Shown piece by piece: positions 19,442-28,737 of a stretch of DNA of 64,000 nucleotides. The notes below the pieces were generated by a model. It was not told where the DNA came from and searched no databases. It saw nothing but the letters and a program-made list of their open reading frames with translations. The position numbers and the translations under genes are program-made. Origin of the DNA: Alphaproteobacteria bacterium (GTDB taxonomy: Bacteria; Pseudomonadota; Alphaproteobacteria; CACIAM-22H2). The number at the start of each line of letters is the position of its first letter. Within the stretch, counting starts at the first letter, position 1. The stretch covers positions 56,823 to 120,822 of the forward strand of contig DASVCL010000012.1 of the NCBI GenBank assembly GCA_036381615.1. Reading direction: 5' to 3'.

Positions 19442-21514
19442 ATGATGGCTGACGTTTCTGCGGAGCAAGAACGTCCACGGTCTGAAGCTGCACCGCGTCT
19501 CGCGGAAGCTCGGGACCGGATGGTCACACGTCAACTGGCCGGGCGCGGCATCATCGAGCCGCGCGTCCTCAGCGCCATGCGACGCGTACCGCGCGAATTG
19601 TTCGTTCCGGACCGACTGCGGGAATTCGCCTACGACGATACGCCGCTACCGATTGGCGAGGGACAGACAATCTCGCAGCCGTATATCGTCGCGCTGATGC
19701 TGGAAGCGGCGATGATCAGCCCGGGCGATCGCGTCCTGGAGATCGGAACTGGCCTCGGCTATGCCGCTGCCGCCGCAAGTCATCTTGCGGCGGCGGTATA
19801 CACCGTCGAACGCATAAAAACCCTTGCCGACAGCGCACGTGCGCGCCTCGCTGCCGCCGGTGTGGACAATGTGCATGTGATGCACGGCGACGGAACGCGT
19901 GGCTGGCCGGAGTTTGCGCCGTTTGACGCGATCATCGTGGCTGCCGCCAGTCCCGAGGTCCCCCGCAGCCTGCGGGACCAGCTCCGCGTGGGGGGAAGAC
20001 TGATCATTCCGACCGGTGAAGGACCGCATCTGCAACGGTTGAAACGCATCACCCGGCGCGGCACGCATGATTACGAGGAGGAGGATCTCGGTTCCGTCGC
20101 ATTCGTTCCGCTGGTCGGAACCGAGGGCTGGCCGCCGGATGATACCGGGCAGCACAACCGCGGTTGGGGCGTCTGGCGCCGCTCACGGGGCGGCGCTGCG
20201 CATACCGAGCGCAGCGATAATGCCATCGAACTGATCAAGCGCCATGCCGAACCGCTGCCCCAACTCGAATCCGAAAGTTTCGGCGAAGCATTCGACCGGT
20301 TCGGCACGTATCGGATGGTCCTCCTCGGCGAGTCGACGCACGGCACGTCAGAATTCTATCGTGCTCGCGCACGGCTCACACGGCACCTCGTCGAGCACCA
20401 CGGATTCAACATCGTGGCGATCGAGGCTGACTGGCCGGATGCTGCCCTGGTCGACGCCCTCATCCGCGATCGTCCGCGTCGTCTGACGGATGAGCGACCC
20501 TTCACCCGCTTCCCGGTCTGGATGTGGCGGAACACCGATTTCAGCGAGCTTGTCCGATGGGCACGCAGCTACAACGAGAACGTCACGGATGACGCCCGAA
20601 AAGTGAGCTTGCACGGCCTTGATCTCTACAGCCTCTACGCGTCTACGGACGCGGTCATCAAGTACCTCGACAAGGTCGACCCGGAAGCGGCGCGGATCGC
20701 GCGGGAACGATACGGATGTCTCACACCCTGGCAGTCCGATCCCGCCACTTACGGACGAGCGGCCCTCAACACCGGCTATGCGCTGTGCGAGGCCGGTGCG
20801 ATGGAGATTCTGCGAGATCTGCTGGCGAAACGGATCGAATACATAGGGCGCGACAGTGACGCCTATTTCGACGCCGCGCAGAATGCCCGCCTCGTTGCCG
20901 CCGCCGAACGCTATTACCGGATCATGTATTACGGCTCAGCCGAGTCCTGGAATCTTCGGGACAAGCACATGTTCGAGACTTTGCAGGCGATCCTTGCGGC
21001 ACGTGGACCGTCGGCAAAGGCCGTGGTCTGGGCGCACAACTCGCATATCGGCAATGCCGCCGCGACGCAGATGGGAGCGCACGGCGAACTGAATATCGGT
21101 CAGCTTTGTCGCGCGGAATTCGGGCCGGAGGCGGCCCTTATCGGGTTCAGCACCGACCGGGGCAACGTCGCCGCCGCCTCCGACTGGGGCGGCCCGATGG
21201 AAGTCAAACAGGTTCGACCGTCGCGTCCCGACAGCTACGAATACCTCTGCCGCGAGTCGGTGGACGCACCGTTCCTGCTCGATCTGCGCCCGGATGGGCG
21301 ACGAGACCTGTTGCGAACCTTGTTCCGGAATCGGCTGGAACGTGCGATCGGCGTGATCTATCGGCCGGAGACCGAGCGGATGAGCCACTATTTCGACGCT
21401 GTCCTGCCGCGACAGTTCGATGCGTGGGTCTGGTTCCCCGAGACGCGCGCCGTAACGCCGCTGCCTGTGCCTCAAACGGAAGGCACGCGCGACACGTATC
21501 CGTTCGGTCTATAG
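19442..21514 (+). CDS. pcm: protein-L-isoaspartate O-methyltransferase fused to erythromycin-esterase-like domain
   Basis: N-terminal QTISQP, VLEIGTG.GY and PFDAIIVAA PIMT motifs; C-terminal LLGESTHG, EADWPD and WAHNSH EreA/B-family motifs. Confidence 0.9.
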   Translation: MMADVSAEQERPRSEAAPRLAEARDRMVTRQLAGRGIIEPRVLSAMRRVPRELFVPDRLREFAYDDTPLPIGEGQTISQPYIVALMLEAAMISPGDRVLEIGTGLGYAAAAASHLAAAVYTVERIKTLADSARARLAAAGVDNVHVMHGDGTRGWPEFAPFDAIIVAAASPEVPRSLRDQLRVGGRLIIPTGEGPHLQRLKRITRRGTHDYEEEDLGSVAFVPLVGTEGWPPDDTGQHNRGWGVWRRSRGGAAHTERSDNAIELIKRHAEPLPQLESESFGEAFDRFGTYRMVLLGESTHGTSEFYRARARLTRHLVEHHGFNIVAIEADWPDAALVDALIRDRPRRLTDERPFTRFPVWMWRNTDFSELVRWARSYNENVTDDARKVSLHGLDLYSLYASTDAVIKYLDKVDPEAARIARERYGCLTPWQSDPATYGRAALNTGYALCEAGAMEILRDLLAKRIEYIGRDSDAYFDAAQNARLVAAAERYYRIMYYGSAESWNLRDKHMFETLQAILAARGPSAKAVVWAHNSHIGNAAATQMGAHGELNIGQLCRAEFGPEAALIGFSTDRGNVAAASDWGGPMEVKQVRPSRPDSYEYLCRESVDAPFLLDLRPDGRRDLLRTLFRNRLERAIGVIYRPETERMSHYFDAVLPRQFDAWVWFPETRAVTPLPVPQTEGTRDTYPFGL

Positions 21515-21528
21515 CGACGACACCCGGC

Positions 21529-22344
21529 CTAGACGTATTTCAACGTGATGCCGCCATCGACAGGAAGGCTGACGCCGGTGATGTATTTGGCTTCGTCCGA
21601 TGCGAGGAACAGCGCGGCGTAGGCGACGTCCCATGCGTCGCCCATCTTGCCGGTCGGGCATTGCGCATCACGCACGGCAATCATCCGATCCACGTCGCCG
21701 CCACCGTAAGCGCCGGCAAGCCCCTGGTGGACCATGGGTGTGTTCATCAAGCCGGGAAGAATGCAGTTGCATCGAATGCCCTTGGCGGCGTACTGCAGGG
21801 CGATCGTCCGCGTGAACGGTATCACCGCTCCTTTCGTCGTCGAGTAGCCGATATACGGCACGCCGGTCCACCGGATACCGGCAATCGACCCGATATTGAC
21901 GATGGCGCCACCCCGGCCCTCTGCCTCAAACTGGCGGACCATTTGTGGCAGGATGTTCTTGCATGTAAGGAACATGCTCTTGAGGTTGACCCGGACGACT
22001 CGGTCCCAGGTCTCCTCGCTTTCCTCGACGGGGCCTCCGGCGTCGAGGATGCCGACGTTGTTATGCAGGATGTCGATGCGGCCGAAAGCGTCCAGACACC
22101 GCTGGACCATCGCCCTGACTTCCTCCCCGTGCGAGACATCCGCGGCGTAGATCTCGCAGATGCCTCCCTCGCGGTCGATGATCGACTTTGTTTCCGCGGC
22201 GGCCTCGCCGTTCACATCGACGGCGAAAACGCGGGCCCCCTCCCGTGCAAACAGCACCGCGGTCGCCTTGCCGTTCCCCCAGCCGGGACCGATCGAGCCC
22301 GCCCCCGTAACGATCGCGACCTTCCCCTCCAAGCGCCGGGCCAT
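21529..22344 (-). CDS. SDR family oxidoreductase
   Basis: TGAG...G.G glycine motif, HNNVG and YSTTK catalytic motif. Confidence 0.9.
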   Translation of the reverse strand: MARRLEGKVAIVTGAGSIGPGWGNGKATAVLFAREGARVFAVDVNGEAAAETKSIIDREGGICEIYAADVSHGEEVRAMVQRCLDAFGRIDILHNNVGILDAGGPVEESEETWDRVVRVNLKSMFLTCKNILPQMVRQFEAEGRGGAIVNIGSIAGIRWTGVPYIGYSTTKGAVIPFTRTIALQYAAKGIRCNCILPGLMNTPMVHQGLAGAYGGGDVDRMIAVRDAQCPTGKMGDAWDVAYAALFLASDEAKYITGVSLPVDGGITLKYV

Positions 22345-22368
22345 GGCTTCTCCCCCTTTTTGTCGTCG

Positions 22369-23916
22369 TTATGCCGCGCTCGGCGGCCGTTTCGCCCATT
22401 CACGCAGCTCGGTCTTCAGGATCTTTCCGTAGTTGTTTTTCGGCAGCGCGGAAACAAAGCGATATTCCTTCGGGCGCTTGAAGCGCGCAATGTTCGCCAG
22501 GCAGAGCCGTTCGAGCTCCGCCGCCTCGACGCCGGCGCCGCCTGCGCGCGCCACGACAAAGGCGACGACGCGCTCGCCCCACTCCGGATCCGGGACGCCG
22601 ACGACCGAGACTTCGGCCACGCCCGGATGGGTCAGCAGAATCTCTTCGATTTCGCGCGGGTAAATGTTGCTGCCGCCCGAAATGATCAGGTCCTTTGAAC
22701 GGTCCTTGAGCGTCAGGAACCCGGCCTCGTCGAACGCACCGACATCCCCCGTATGCAACCAGCCGCCGCGCAGCGTCTGTGCGCTCGCTTCCGGATTCCG
22801 CCAGTAACCCTTCATGACCGAATCGCCGCGGACGAGAATTTCGCCGACCTCGCCCACCGGTAGTGCGCGATCCTCCGCGTCGGCGACGCGCACCTGTACG
22901 ACGCTCTGCGGTACGCCGGCCGACCCCAGGCGGTCATCGCGTCCTTCGCGATAAGCCTGCTCAATCATGGCACGGGTCATGCCCGTGATCGTCATCGGCG
23001 ATTCACCTTGTCCGTAGAGCTGAGCGAACTTGAACCCGAATCGGGTGATGGCGGCCTTGAGATCCGCCACGTACATCGGCGCCCCGCCGAAGATGACGGC
23101 ACGGAGATTTGCCGTATCGGCATGCGCGGCCGCAGGATGATCGACGAGCCGCTTCACCATGGTCGGGGCGGCGAACATGCTGACCTGTGGCCACTTGCGG
23201 ACCAGGTCCAGAATTTCCCCCGGATCGAAATGCCCGCTCGCCGGAATCACTTGCGTGTTCGCCTGCGCGACGTGCGGGAGCATGTACAGGCCGGAGCCGT
23301 GCGACATGGGCGCGGCGTGAATGATCGATCCGCCGGGACATGGCGGATCGATATCGATGAAGTAGCTCATCGTCATCGCCAGCAGGTTCCGATGCGACAG
23401 CATCGCGCCTTTCGGGCGCCCGGTCGTACCGCTCGTGTAGAAGAGCCAGGCGAGATCGTCGGCGGCCGTTTCGGCCATCGGCGCAGGGGCACCCTCGCCC
23501 AGCCGGGCGAATTCGGGGGATTCGACGTCGACGATCGGCAACGAGATGCCGGCCTCGCGCACGGCGATGGCGGCGACCTCGGCCAGTTCGGGGGTCACGA
23601 AGACGACCTTTGCCTGCGCGTGATCGATGATGTAGGCGAGTTCCTTCGGATGCAGTTTGGAATTCGCGGGAACCGCCGCAAATCCGCCATGCCAGCAGCC
23701 GTAGAGGAGTGCCGCATATGCCGGTCCGTTCGCCATGATCAACGCCACCCGGTCTCCGGGCGAGAGCGAATACGGGGGCCGTCCCAGACCCGCCGCGATG
23801 CGTGCCGCCTGGCCGTACATCTGCGACCATGTCGCGACCACCCGGTCGGCGACCGCAAGTGCCGGCCGGTCAGGATGGATCAACGCTGCGCGGTGAAGGT
23901 GCTGGGCAATGTTCAC
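22369..23916 (-). CDS. AMP-binding acyl-CoA synthetase (long-chain fatty acid-CoA ligase-like)
   Basis: YTSGTTGRPKG, YGQGE, TGD and R.KDLIISGG motifs; start GTG 23916 after GGGGGA. Confidence 0.92.
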   Translation of the reverse strand: MNIAQHLHRAALIHPDRPALAVADRVVATWSQMYGQAARIAAGLGRPPYSLSPGDRVALIMANGPAYAALLYGCWHGGFAAVPANSKLHPKELAYIIDHAQAKVVFVTPELAEVAAIAVREAGISLPIVDVESPEFARLGEGAPAPMAETAADDLAWLFYTSGTTGRPKGAMLSHRNLLAMTMSYFIDIDPPCPGGSIIHAAPMSHGSGLYMLPHVAQANTQVIPASGHFDPGEILDLVRKWPQVSMFAAPTMVKRLVDHPAAAHADTANLRAVIFGGAPMYVADLKAAITRFGFKFAQLYGQGESPMTITGMTRAMIEQAYREGRDDRLGSAGVPQSVVQVRVADAEDRALPVGEVGEILVRGDSVMKGYWRNPEASAQTLRGGWLHTGDVGAFDEAGFLTLKDRSKDLIISGGSNIYPREIEEILLTHPGVAEVSVVGVPDPEWGERVVAFVVARAGGAGVEAAELERLCLANIARFKRPKEYRFVSALPKNNYGKILKTELREWAKRPPSAA

Positions 23917-23971
23917 GTGCGTCCCCCGATCTGCGTCTGCCCAGGCAGTTTGGCGGCTTGACGATCCGGTT

Positions 23972-24409
23972 TCAATCAGCCGGCTTGCCGGGCACGGGCC
24001 CGAGTATGGCGTAGGTCGTGGTGACATGTGCAACCAGGTCGGCGCTGGACGCGGCGCGCATCGTCACCTCGCCAAACGCCAATGTCTTCCCAAGCTTGAG
24101 GACCCGGGCGTCTGCCAACACATCCGAATTCGATACGGCACGCAGGAAGCTGGTCGTCTGGCCGACCGTCGTCATCGGACGAAAGCCGCCGGATGCGGAC
24201 GAGATGGCAAGCACCATCGCCGTGTCGGCCAGCGACATCAGCGCCTGCCCGCAGATCGTCCCTCCGATTCTGGTCAGGCGTTCGCTGAAAGCAAGGCGAA
24301 GGCGGACGAGCGGGCCGTCGACGCTCTCGACAGTCAAGCCCAGATCAAGAACCCACGGTGCGAAATTTTCCCGCAGAACTGCCTGTGCCTGACCGAGACC
24401 GAATCCCAT
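23972..24409 (-). CDS. PaaI-family (hotdog) thioesterase
   Basis: GGTICGQALMSLADTAM motif; GGAGG SD before ATG 24409. Confidence 0.85.
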   Translation of the reverse strand: MGFGLGQAQAVLRENFAPWVLDLGLTVESVDGPLVRLRLAFSERLTRIGGTICGQALMSLADTAMVLAISSASGGFRPMTTVGQTTSFLRAVSNSDVLADARVLKLGKTLAFGEVTMRAASSADLVAHVTTTYAILGPVPGKPAD

Positions 24410-24626
24410 CGCCCAACCTCCCGCCATGGTGCAGCGGAGTATTAAGCGAAATCTGCACCGGCGCCAACGGTCAAGCTCGGCGAAGCAGCATCCTCTCGCA
24501 CTGCCGGGCGAGCCCCCGTCAGCGAAAGGACGCATGCGGCGGAACGGTTTGGTCCCGTCCCGCCATCATCCGCGACAAATTGAGTTGGATACGACGAACT
24601 GAGCGTAGGCTTCGCGTTCGGTCTGC

Positions 24627-25142
24627 CTACCGCATCTCTTGAGCAGCCGCGCTCCCTGTGCGCTGTGGTGCCTGCATACCGCCGATCATAACTCGCGTTG
24701 CCATATTGAACACGTTCGTCGCATGTCGAAGCGATTTCTCCATGCTCGAACGCATCAGCCCGATTTGAACCCCGTAAGCGTCTCCGACAGTGCGACACTG
24801 GGCCAGTGAGCGGACCGCATTGATGTTGTCGTCGAGCTGCTCCCGGCTCCACGTCGCGAGTTCCATGTTCATCTCGAGAACGCGACGCATCGCCTCGTTG
24901 CTCGAACGCATCCATGCTTCGAATGCCCGCTCGCTCATGGCGGCGAACTCGCGGGCGCCTTCCTGCAGTCCCGCTTGGGCCTCGCGTCCTACACTTTGCA
25001 CGCGCTCCCCCATACGTTCGGCCATCCGGGCGGCCTGCTCACCGTCCGGCCCATTCTCGCTGCCTGCACGATGCCGAGCCGAGGTCTCGTGCTCGGTCGA
25101 TCCGCGTGTCTCTCTTTCACGGTGCCGTTCTTGTCGAGCCAT
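24627..25142 (-). CDS. phasin-like (PHA granule-associated) protein with charged N-terminal extension
   Basis: Amphipathic helical sequence with W.R..L...I.AVR.LAQCRT..D...VQ pattern; GGAGGG SD. Confidence 0.65.
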   Translation of the reverse strand: MARQERHRERETRGSTEHETSARHRAGSENGPDGEQAARMAERMGERVQSVGREAQAGLQEGAREFAAMSERAFEAWMRSSNEAMRRVLEMNMELATWSREQLDDNINAVRSLAQCRTVGDAYGVQIGLMRSSMEKSLRHATNVFNMATRVMIGGMQAPQRTGSAAAQEMR

Positions 25143-25179
25143 GTTTGTTGCCCTCCTGTGCTCTACTGTCACAGCAACA

Positions 25180-25205
25180 AACTCGACGGACTGAACGCCG
25201 GTTCC
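25180..25205 (-). promoter_or_regulatory. sigma-EcfG-type promoter variant for phasin-like gene (GGAAC-N17-AGTT)
   Basis: + strand AACT 25180-25183 and GTTCC 25201-25205. Confidence 0.6.
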
Positions 25206-25471
25206 ATAATTCCGCTGGTGAATCCATCTATCGGGCGCGAAAGGATGGATGTACTGCCATGCCGGCTCGCTGCGCGTGGTGCTCAGGAAGACAGCCAACC
25301 CAGCGGAGCGGCCCGATGAGAAACGGCGATCAATGCCCCGGCCCCGGCATAGGCAACCAGGCCAAACGCCGAGCCGATCAAGATCACCTTCAGATGTAAT
25401 GCGATCTTCGACCTGAACTTCGATGATACGTCACGCCGACGCTCCGCAGCCCGGCGCCGCCCGGTCTTAAA

Positions 25472-25654
25472 TCAGCGCTTCGGGCGGTCCTGCCTGAGGA
25501 GCTGAAGCATGTCGTCGGGGATCGGCTCATGCAATGCCGATTCGTACATCGACTTAAGCCGGTGATCGAGCCACTCGTCAAAGGCTGGATCAGATTCGGT
25601 CGCGGGCGTCTCTCTTGCCGTTGGCTTGCGTTTGCGTGCGTTGGCCCGTTCCAC
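25472..25654 (-). CDS. NepR-like anti-sigma factor (second, orphan copy)
   Basis: FDEWLDHRLKSMYESALHEPIPDDMLQLL matches the NepR core and the copy at 50415-50654; GAGGG SD before GTG. Confidence 0.8.
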   Translation of the reverse strand: MERANARKRKPTARETPATESDPAFDEWLDHRLKSMYESALHEPIPDDMLQLLRQDRPKR

Positions 25655-26170
25655 GACTATGCCCTCGATACCAAGTCACCGAATTGGTGCAGCTTGCCCC
25701 CGTCCGGCCGCCCGTAAGACGCAGGGCAGGTCGCTAATTATCAACCGGACGGTGCAAAGTCCACTGTGATTCCGTCGTAGCACTTCAACTTTCCGGCGGC
25801 CCGGGTTTAACACAAGTTAAGCGCCCCGGTGGAACCACACACCCGAAGCCTGTCCGGCAGCGCCGCCGGCAAAACCTGGACACGATGCCGCAATATCAGA
25901 ATTCCATTTGGAGTTGCTCGGCCGCGCCATCTGTATCCAAAACGATAAGACGGAAGGATCGGGACCAAACAGGTTGAGACGCCGGATCAAATCTTGATCG
26001 AGAGTTGCTGGCCGCGACGAAACACCGTGAAATCCAGGAACACTCCATAGTCTCCACAACGAGAAAGTTTCGACGCCCGACACGGCATCTTCGGCTGCCC
26101 GGCCAGATTCCGTCCTGTAATTGCGCAGGACGGGATTTGTCCCCGGCTGGACAATGGCGGCAAGACGTCC

Positions 26171-26196
26171 GGAACCTTTGCCGCGTCCCGAACGTT
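26171..26196 (+). promoter_or_regulatory. sigma-EcfG-type promoter (GGAAC-N17-CGTT)
   Basis: GGAAC 26171-26175 and CGTT 26193-26196, just before ATG 26214. Confidence 0.75.
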
Positions 26197-26213
26197 GGCC
26201 GTCTGCGAATACC

Positions 26214-27116
26214 ATGCGGGTCATCCTTCTCGCCATCGTCGGGAGTTTCCTGGTTGCGGCACTCACCCAGGCCGCAGGCGCAAATTGCCCGCAGGATCTC
26301 AACGAGCTGAACGCGATCCTCGAACGCGAGCGGACTTCGCAGAGCGGACGTGCCGCTGCCGAACTCCGGAATCTGCGCGAGGTCGCGCAGCGGCTCCAAT
26401 CGAACAACGACGTCGTCGGATGCACGCGTGTGGCGCAGCAGGGTCTTGCGCTTTGGCGTCGGATGAGCACCGTCGAGCTCGCTCCCACGCAGGAACTGAT
26501 CGGGCGCGACGTCGTCGACACCACGGGTCAGAAGATCGGATCGATCCGCGGCCTGATCGTCGACATTACAGGGGGCCAAATCGCCTTCGCCATCGTACGG
26601 ATGGGCGGATTTCTCGGCATCGGCACCAGAGAGCACGCCGTACCCTGGAGAACGGTCACGCGGACCCCGAACGACCAGAGCTTGACGTTGTCCATACCGC
26701 GCGCGCGGCTTGAAACCGCACCGCGCTTCGATATCGACGCATGGAACGATGTCGTACCGATCGAATGGGCGACCTCGATCTTCACCTATTTCGGCGTAGA
26801 GCCGTACTGGGAGGCGGCCGCGCGCGAGGTCCCCTTGGAGCCGCGCGATGCCGCAAGCATCGTGTCGACGCGTCTCGACGCACTGGCCAAGGACATTCAG
26901 GACATGAGGGGTGAGCTCGCGCAGGCGCGCGAGGCAAGCCGCGAACCGATATCCCAGATCGTCAATCGGCTCGACGCTCTCTCGAAGCAGATCGACCAGA
27001 TCGAACAAAACCGGCCCGTCAGCAGTGGATCATCGTCACCAACGCCTGGGGCTTCACCGGAAACGTCGTCGGGCGCTCCCTCCGCACCGGAGGGCCAGAG
27101 CCCGGCGCCGCAATGA
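26214..27116 (+). CDS. exported PRC-barrel protein with helical N-domain, coiled-coil and S/P-rich tail
   Basis: Signal peptide (MRVILLAIVGSFLVAALTQAAGA); G.KIG.I..L.VD...G.I.FAIV..GGFLG PRC motif. Confidence 0.8.
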   Translation: MRVILLAIVGSFLVAALTQAAGANCPQDLNELNAILERERTSQSGRAAAELRNLREVAQRLQSNNDVVGCTRVAQQGLALWRRMSTVELAPTQELIGRDVVDTTGQKIGSIRGLIVDITGGQIAFAIVRMGGFLGIGTREHAVPWRTVTRTPNDQSLTLSIPRARLETAPRFDIDAWNDVVPIEWATSIFTYFGVEPYWEAAAREVPLEPRDAASIVSTRLDALAKDIQDMRGELAQAREASREPISQIVNRLDALSKQIDQIEQNRPVSSGSSSPTPGASPETSSGAPSAPEGQSPAPQ

Positions 27117-27167
27117 ACGAATGCTTGCATATGGAGGCCTGGAGGGAGACTGACGTGGAGAACCACG

Positions 27168-27326
27168 ATGACCCTGGGCACCATCCTGCTGATCATCCTC
27201 ATTCTCGTACTGCTCGGGGCCGTGCCGGCCTGGCCGTACAGCCGGGGCTGGAGCTATTACCCGTCCGGCATCGTCGGCGTAATCCTGGTGGTCGTTCTGA
27301 TACTCGTTCTGCTTGAGCGGATCTGA
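27168..27326 (+). CDS. small membrane protein, DUF3309-like (absent from ORF track)
   Basis: Own translation: MTLGTILLIILILVLLGAVPAWPYSRGWSYYPSGIVGVILVVVLILVLLERI; GGAG SD. Confidence 0.88.
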   Translation: MTLGTILLIILILVLLGAVPAWPYSRGWSYYPSGIVGVILVVVLILVLLERI

Positions 27327-27615
27327 GCCGATTTTGGGGCGACGCTGCACCGCCACCCGCTGGGCGCACGAACCCATGTCCGCCTGACGCCAGGCGGCCC
27401 GCCGGATCGCCGTCCTCGCGACCGGTACATCGCTTGCAACCCCCATTGCGTTCAGCGCCCGAAGCCTCATGACGTTCGCGGATCACCGCTCGCATGGATC
27501 GTATCCGATGTCAGGGTGCGTGTTCGGTAACTGGTCGCGGTAAGCTAATCGCTGCTCGTAACGGACCTGCCGGACTTCTGCTGCCGGCGCGTCGTTTGAC
27601 CATCCGCCGTGACCC

Positions 27616-27641
27616 GGAACCGTGCCTTTCGGCGATACGTT
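27616..27641 (+). promoter_or_regulatory. sigma-EcfG-type promoter (GGAAC-N17-CGTT)
   Basis: GGAAC 27616-27620 and CGTT 27638-27641, upstream of ATG 27685. Confidence 0.8.
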
Positions 27642-27684
27642 CTGAGTGCGCTATGTGCCTCGTTTACTCTCAAGAGGCCCCGCC

Positions 27685-28542
27685 ATGCCCGAGTTGAAGA
27701 CGCCGCCCGCCCAACGTCAGGATCAGCAACCCGGCCTCGAGTCCCGGATGGCCCCGCGACCGGAAAGCACGGCACGATGGTACCGTGCCGCAGACAAGCT
27801 GCGCGGTAAGGCGGCGCTCGTCACCGGAGGAGACAGCGGAATTGGACGCGCGACGGCACTCGCCTTCGCCAAGGAGGGCGCGGATGTCGCGATCGTCTAC
27901 CTGAATGAACATGAGGACGCCGCCGAAACCAGGCGGTTGGTCGAGAACGAAGGCGTCCGTTGCCTTACACTCGCCGGAGATATCGGCGATGAGGAGTTCT
28001 GCCGAGAGGCCGTTGATCGAACCGTAAGAACCTTCGGGCGGCTCGACATTCTCATCAACAACGCCGGCGAGCAGCACCCCCAGCAAAGTATCGAGGACAT
28101 CAACCGCGAGCAGCTCGAGCGCACGTTTCGAACGAACATCTTCGCGATGTTCTATCTGACCAAGGCGGCGATGCCGCATCTGAAGCCGGGTGCCGCGATC
28201 GTCAACACGGCGTCCGTGACGGCATTTCAGGGCAATCCGCAGCTGCTCGATTACGCCTCGACGAAGGGCGCAATCGTCGCCTTCACGCGATCTCTGTCGC
28301 GGGCCATTGCCGAAAAGGGCATTCGCGTCAACGCCGTCGCGCCGGGTCCGATCTGGACGCCGCTCATTCCCTCGACATTCGATGAAAAACACGTCGAAAA
28401 GTTTGGCGGCGGCACGCCGCTCGGTCGCGTCGGCCAGCCGGACGAGATCGCCCCTTGTTTCGTGTTCCTCGCGTCCGAAGACTCGTCGTACATGACCGGC
28501 GAGACACTGCATCCGAATGGCGGCGAATGGGTCGGCTCGTAA
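27685..28542 (+). CDS. general-stress SDR oxidoreductase (YdaD/YghA-like)
   Basis: P.Q.Q..PG.E..M.P.P N-terminus, TGGDSGIG, DYASTKG and GP.WTPL motifs. Confidence 0.9.
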   Translation: MPELKTPPAQRQDQQPGLESRMAPRPESTARWYRAADKLRGKAALVTGGDSGIGRATALAFAKEGADVAIVYLNEHEDAAETRRLVENEGVRCLTLAGDIGDEEFCREAVDRTVRTFGRLDILINNAGEQHPQQSIEDINREQLERTFRTNIFAMFYLTKAAMPHLKPGAAIVNTASVTAFQGNPQLLDYASTKGAIVAFTRSLSRAIAEKGIRVNAVAPGPIWTPLIPSTFDEKHVEKFGGGTPLGRVGQPDEIAPCFVFLASEDSSYMTGETLHPNGGEWVGS

Positions 28543-28550
28543 CCCCGACC

Positions 28551-28733
28551 ATGCGCCGCGAACACGCGGTCGGGCTGCTTCGGCGCGGAAGATCGCTTCG
28601 GGTCGCCTTCGTTCTCGGATCTGTCTTCGCTCTTACGGCCTGTGACATCCCGCCCGCCGTACCTGAAGCAGGTGCTGGCGCACAGCCGAACTCGTCTCCC
28701 GGCGAGACATCTAAGCAGATCCCGGACCGCTAA
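28551..28733 (+). CDS. putative small lipoprotein (60 aa)
   Basis: Basic n-region, hydrophobic h-region and LTA-C lipobox, then a Pro/Ala/Ser-rich tail; starts 8 nt after the SDR stop. Confidence 0.5.
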   Translation: MRREHAVGLLRRGRSLRVAFVLGSVFALTACDIPPAVPEAGAGAQPNSSPGETSKQIPDR

Positions 28734-28737
28734 GCCG

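Noticed and set aside
24541-24565. Other GGAAC hits (24541, 49521, 53190)
   Set aside because: No GTT at 16-17 nt spacing or wrong orientation
25280-25400. Hydrophobic minus-strand mini-ORF (VILIGSAFGLVAYAGAGALIAV...)
   Set aside because: Only a GTG start without a convincing SD; too short to support
25660-26170. Lower-GC intergenic stretch as possible sRNA or foreign insert
   Set aside because: No clear terminator, repeat or coding signal; GGAAC at 25831 lacks a matching -10
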